Source: Acanthaster planci
Lineage: Eukaryota
Direction: 5' to 3'
DNA length: 64,000 nt
NCBI RefSeq assembly: GCF_001949145.1
Contig: NW_019091358.1
Coordinates: forward strand, 2,970,535-3,034,534
Positions 62,501 through 64,000 of this stretch are shown one piece after another (the stretch's first letter is position 1; the number at the start of each line of letters is the position of its first letter). The position numbers and the translations under genes are program-made. The notes under the pieces are model-generated. The model worked only from the letters and a program-made list of their open reading frames with translations. It was not told the DNA's origin and searched no databases.

Positions 62501-64000
62501 CTCAGCGTGTCTTGCGTCAGACGTGCATGAAGCTGTACACACACGCATTGATTACCAACCAAAGGATGGCCGTTGCTTTGTAAAAACATACCCTCTCTTA
62601 TTCCCGCTCAGAGCAGATTGGTGGATGAATCCCATCTTAAAGAAGCAGGATCAGTATCCCACAGGACACACACTTATTCTGGTTCATTTTATGTTGTCGT
62701 CAGAGTAAAACCACGTTCTGATATTCTAGGTTTCATAAGGGCCTACAACCTGCGTTCCATAACCATGCAGGAGACACTATATACTTGTGCAGTGGATGTT
62801 GGGAGCATTGCCACAATTTCTTTGTATAATTAGAAGGAAAGTAACAATAGAATGGGAGAATTTGGGAAGCATACGTAGGGATGGGAAAGGTTTGATTGGA
62901 CATTATCAACCCCAAGTGGTGCTGCTCGTGGCAGAAACATTTTGCCTGCAAGTCTACACTTCACCTCCATCATCTTTCACTGCTGACTTCAAATTAAATT
63001 TTAAAAGAAACTTGGCTTGGCTACGTAAATTTGTTTCCTTTTGAAACAGACCTCCTCCCATCCCTCTTTTTTTTGGGGGGGACAGGGTGTCTTTATGCAG
63101 TTTGATAATTACTGGGGTTAACATTGCCATCTTTATTCCCACATGGGCAAAAATAATTTTTCTTTTGGGAGGATATCTCACCATGTCCTGTGGATTCATC
63201 ACTAAGGCAACCACCCCGACCTGCACTTTAATGGCCCAGTGGTTTTGTAGCTGTTATCCATTGCTGACCATCAGCTGTTAACTGTCTTTACATCAGATCA
63301 ATTCTGATAGGAAATTGCGCCTGTGAATGCATTTGTTGTCACCACAAAACAAAAATCAGCTATCGGCCGTCGTCAAAACCACCCAATAACAAGGCAAACC
63401 AAACAGTGTACAAATCGGGGCTGTTCTGTGTAGATCTTGGGGCATGGAAGTAACAGATACATCCATGGGGGGGAAGGGAGGAATACACTCATTGATCAGA
63501 CTGTAACCACGTGTTAAGCTGTATTGATTACTGGGCTGTGCTAGCATTGATCTCCCAATACCCCGTTTGTGGTGGTCTATTGATCGTGGAATTTGGTTCC
63601 CAGATCAATGAGGACATTCACATGGCATGAGGCAGTGGGATGTTTCTGGGAATTGGACGAGGGTTGGACTTGTGTCTGAAGGTGTCATAGATCTGCAGTA
63701 TATAAGAATCATGTACCGCTGCAGCTTGACTGGAAAAAAAAGGAGGTGTTATAAAAATGTGTTTACTTAATTATGATAATGTGCAGTCAGATGTTTATTT
63801 AGGCATGTGAGCAAAAGGGAGCTGAGATTTATTGGTGTATGAAAAAAACATGTTTGAATGCCATGTTTGTGACCCAAATGTTCTAAATGGGATCTGGAAG
63901 TCACTGGAGCTTCTTTTGATTACAGACCCTTGAACATGTCTAAGAAGGAAAATCGATGAGACTTGTTAACAGTTTCATCACCAAAGGTCAACATTTATCA

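Noticed and set aside
1..64000. Conserved miRNAs (for example miR-9, miR-133, miR-216, miR-219), snoRNAs or CRISPR-like arrays
   Set aside because: By eye only short seed-length coincidences (for example taatctcagct at 47021) without a full mature match or hairpin, and no repeat-spacer array. An Infernal/Rfam scan would be decisive.

Overview
Intron-rich animal genomic DNA, roughly 40% GC by eye. The repeat content resembles a marine invertebrate such as an echinoderm, but species cannot be established from the sequence. The one supportable protein-coding gene is the 3' part of SMG5 (EST1/SMG5-7 family nonsense-mediated decay factor) on the + strand. It has nine GT-AG, phase-compatible coding exons (702-871, 2450-2525, 3673-3860, 19303-19473, 35417-35476, 38966-39125, 41794-41884, 42817-42897, 43616-43841), about 407 codons ending in a PIN domain, and two introns of about 15-16 kb. 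The remainder is intronic, UTR or intergenic DNA with many short non-autonomous DNA transposons (several with exact TSDs), tRNA-derived SINEs, a probable LINE 3' end and a 349-N assembly gap. Main observations: (1) a candidate splice donor 55 nt after the SMG5 stop codon, at the NMD boundary; (2) a strong excess of TA-CATG-TA and related TA-x-TA motifs that look like Tc1/mariner excision footprints, one of them interrupting a TIR; (3) a 28-bp hAT-like micro-element with a perfect 8-bp TSD; (4) candidate antisense non-coding exons and homeodomain/GATA site clusters. Almost all ORFs in the supplied track are spurious. No clearly novel multi-gene system was found.
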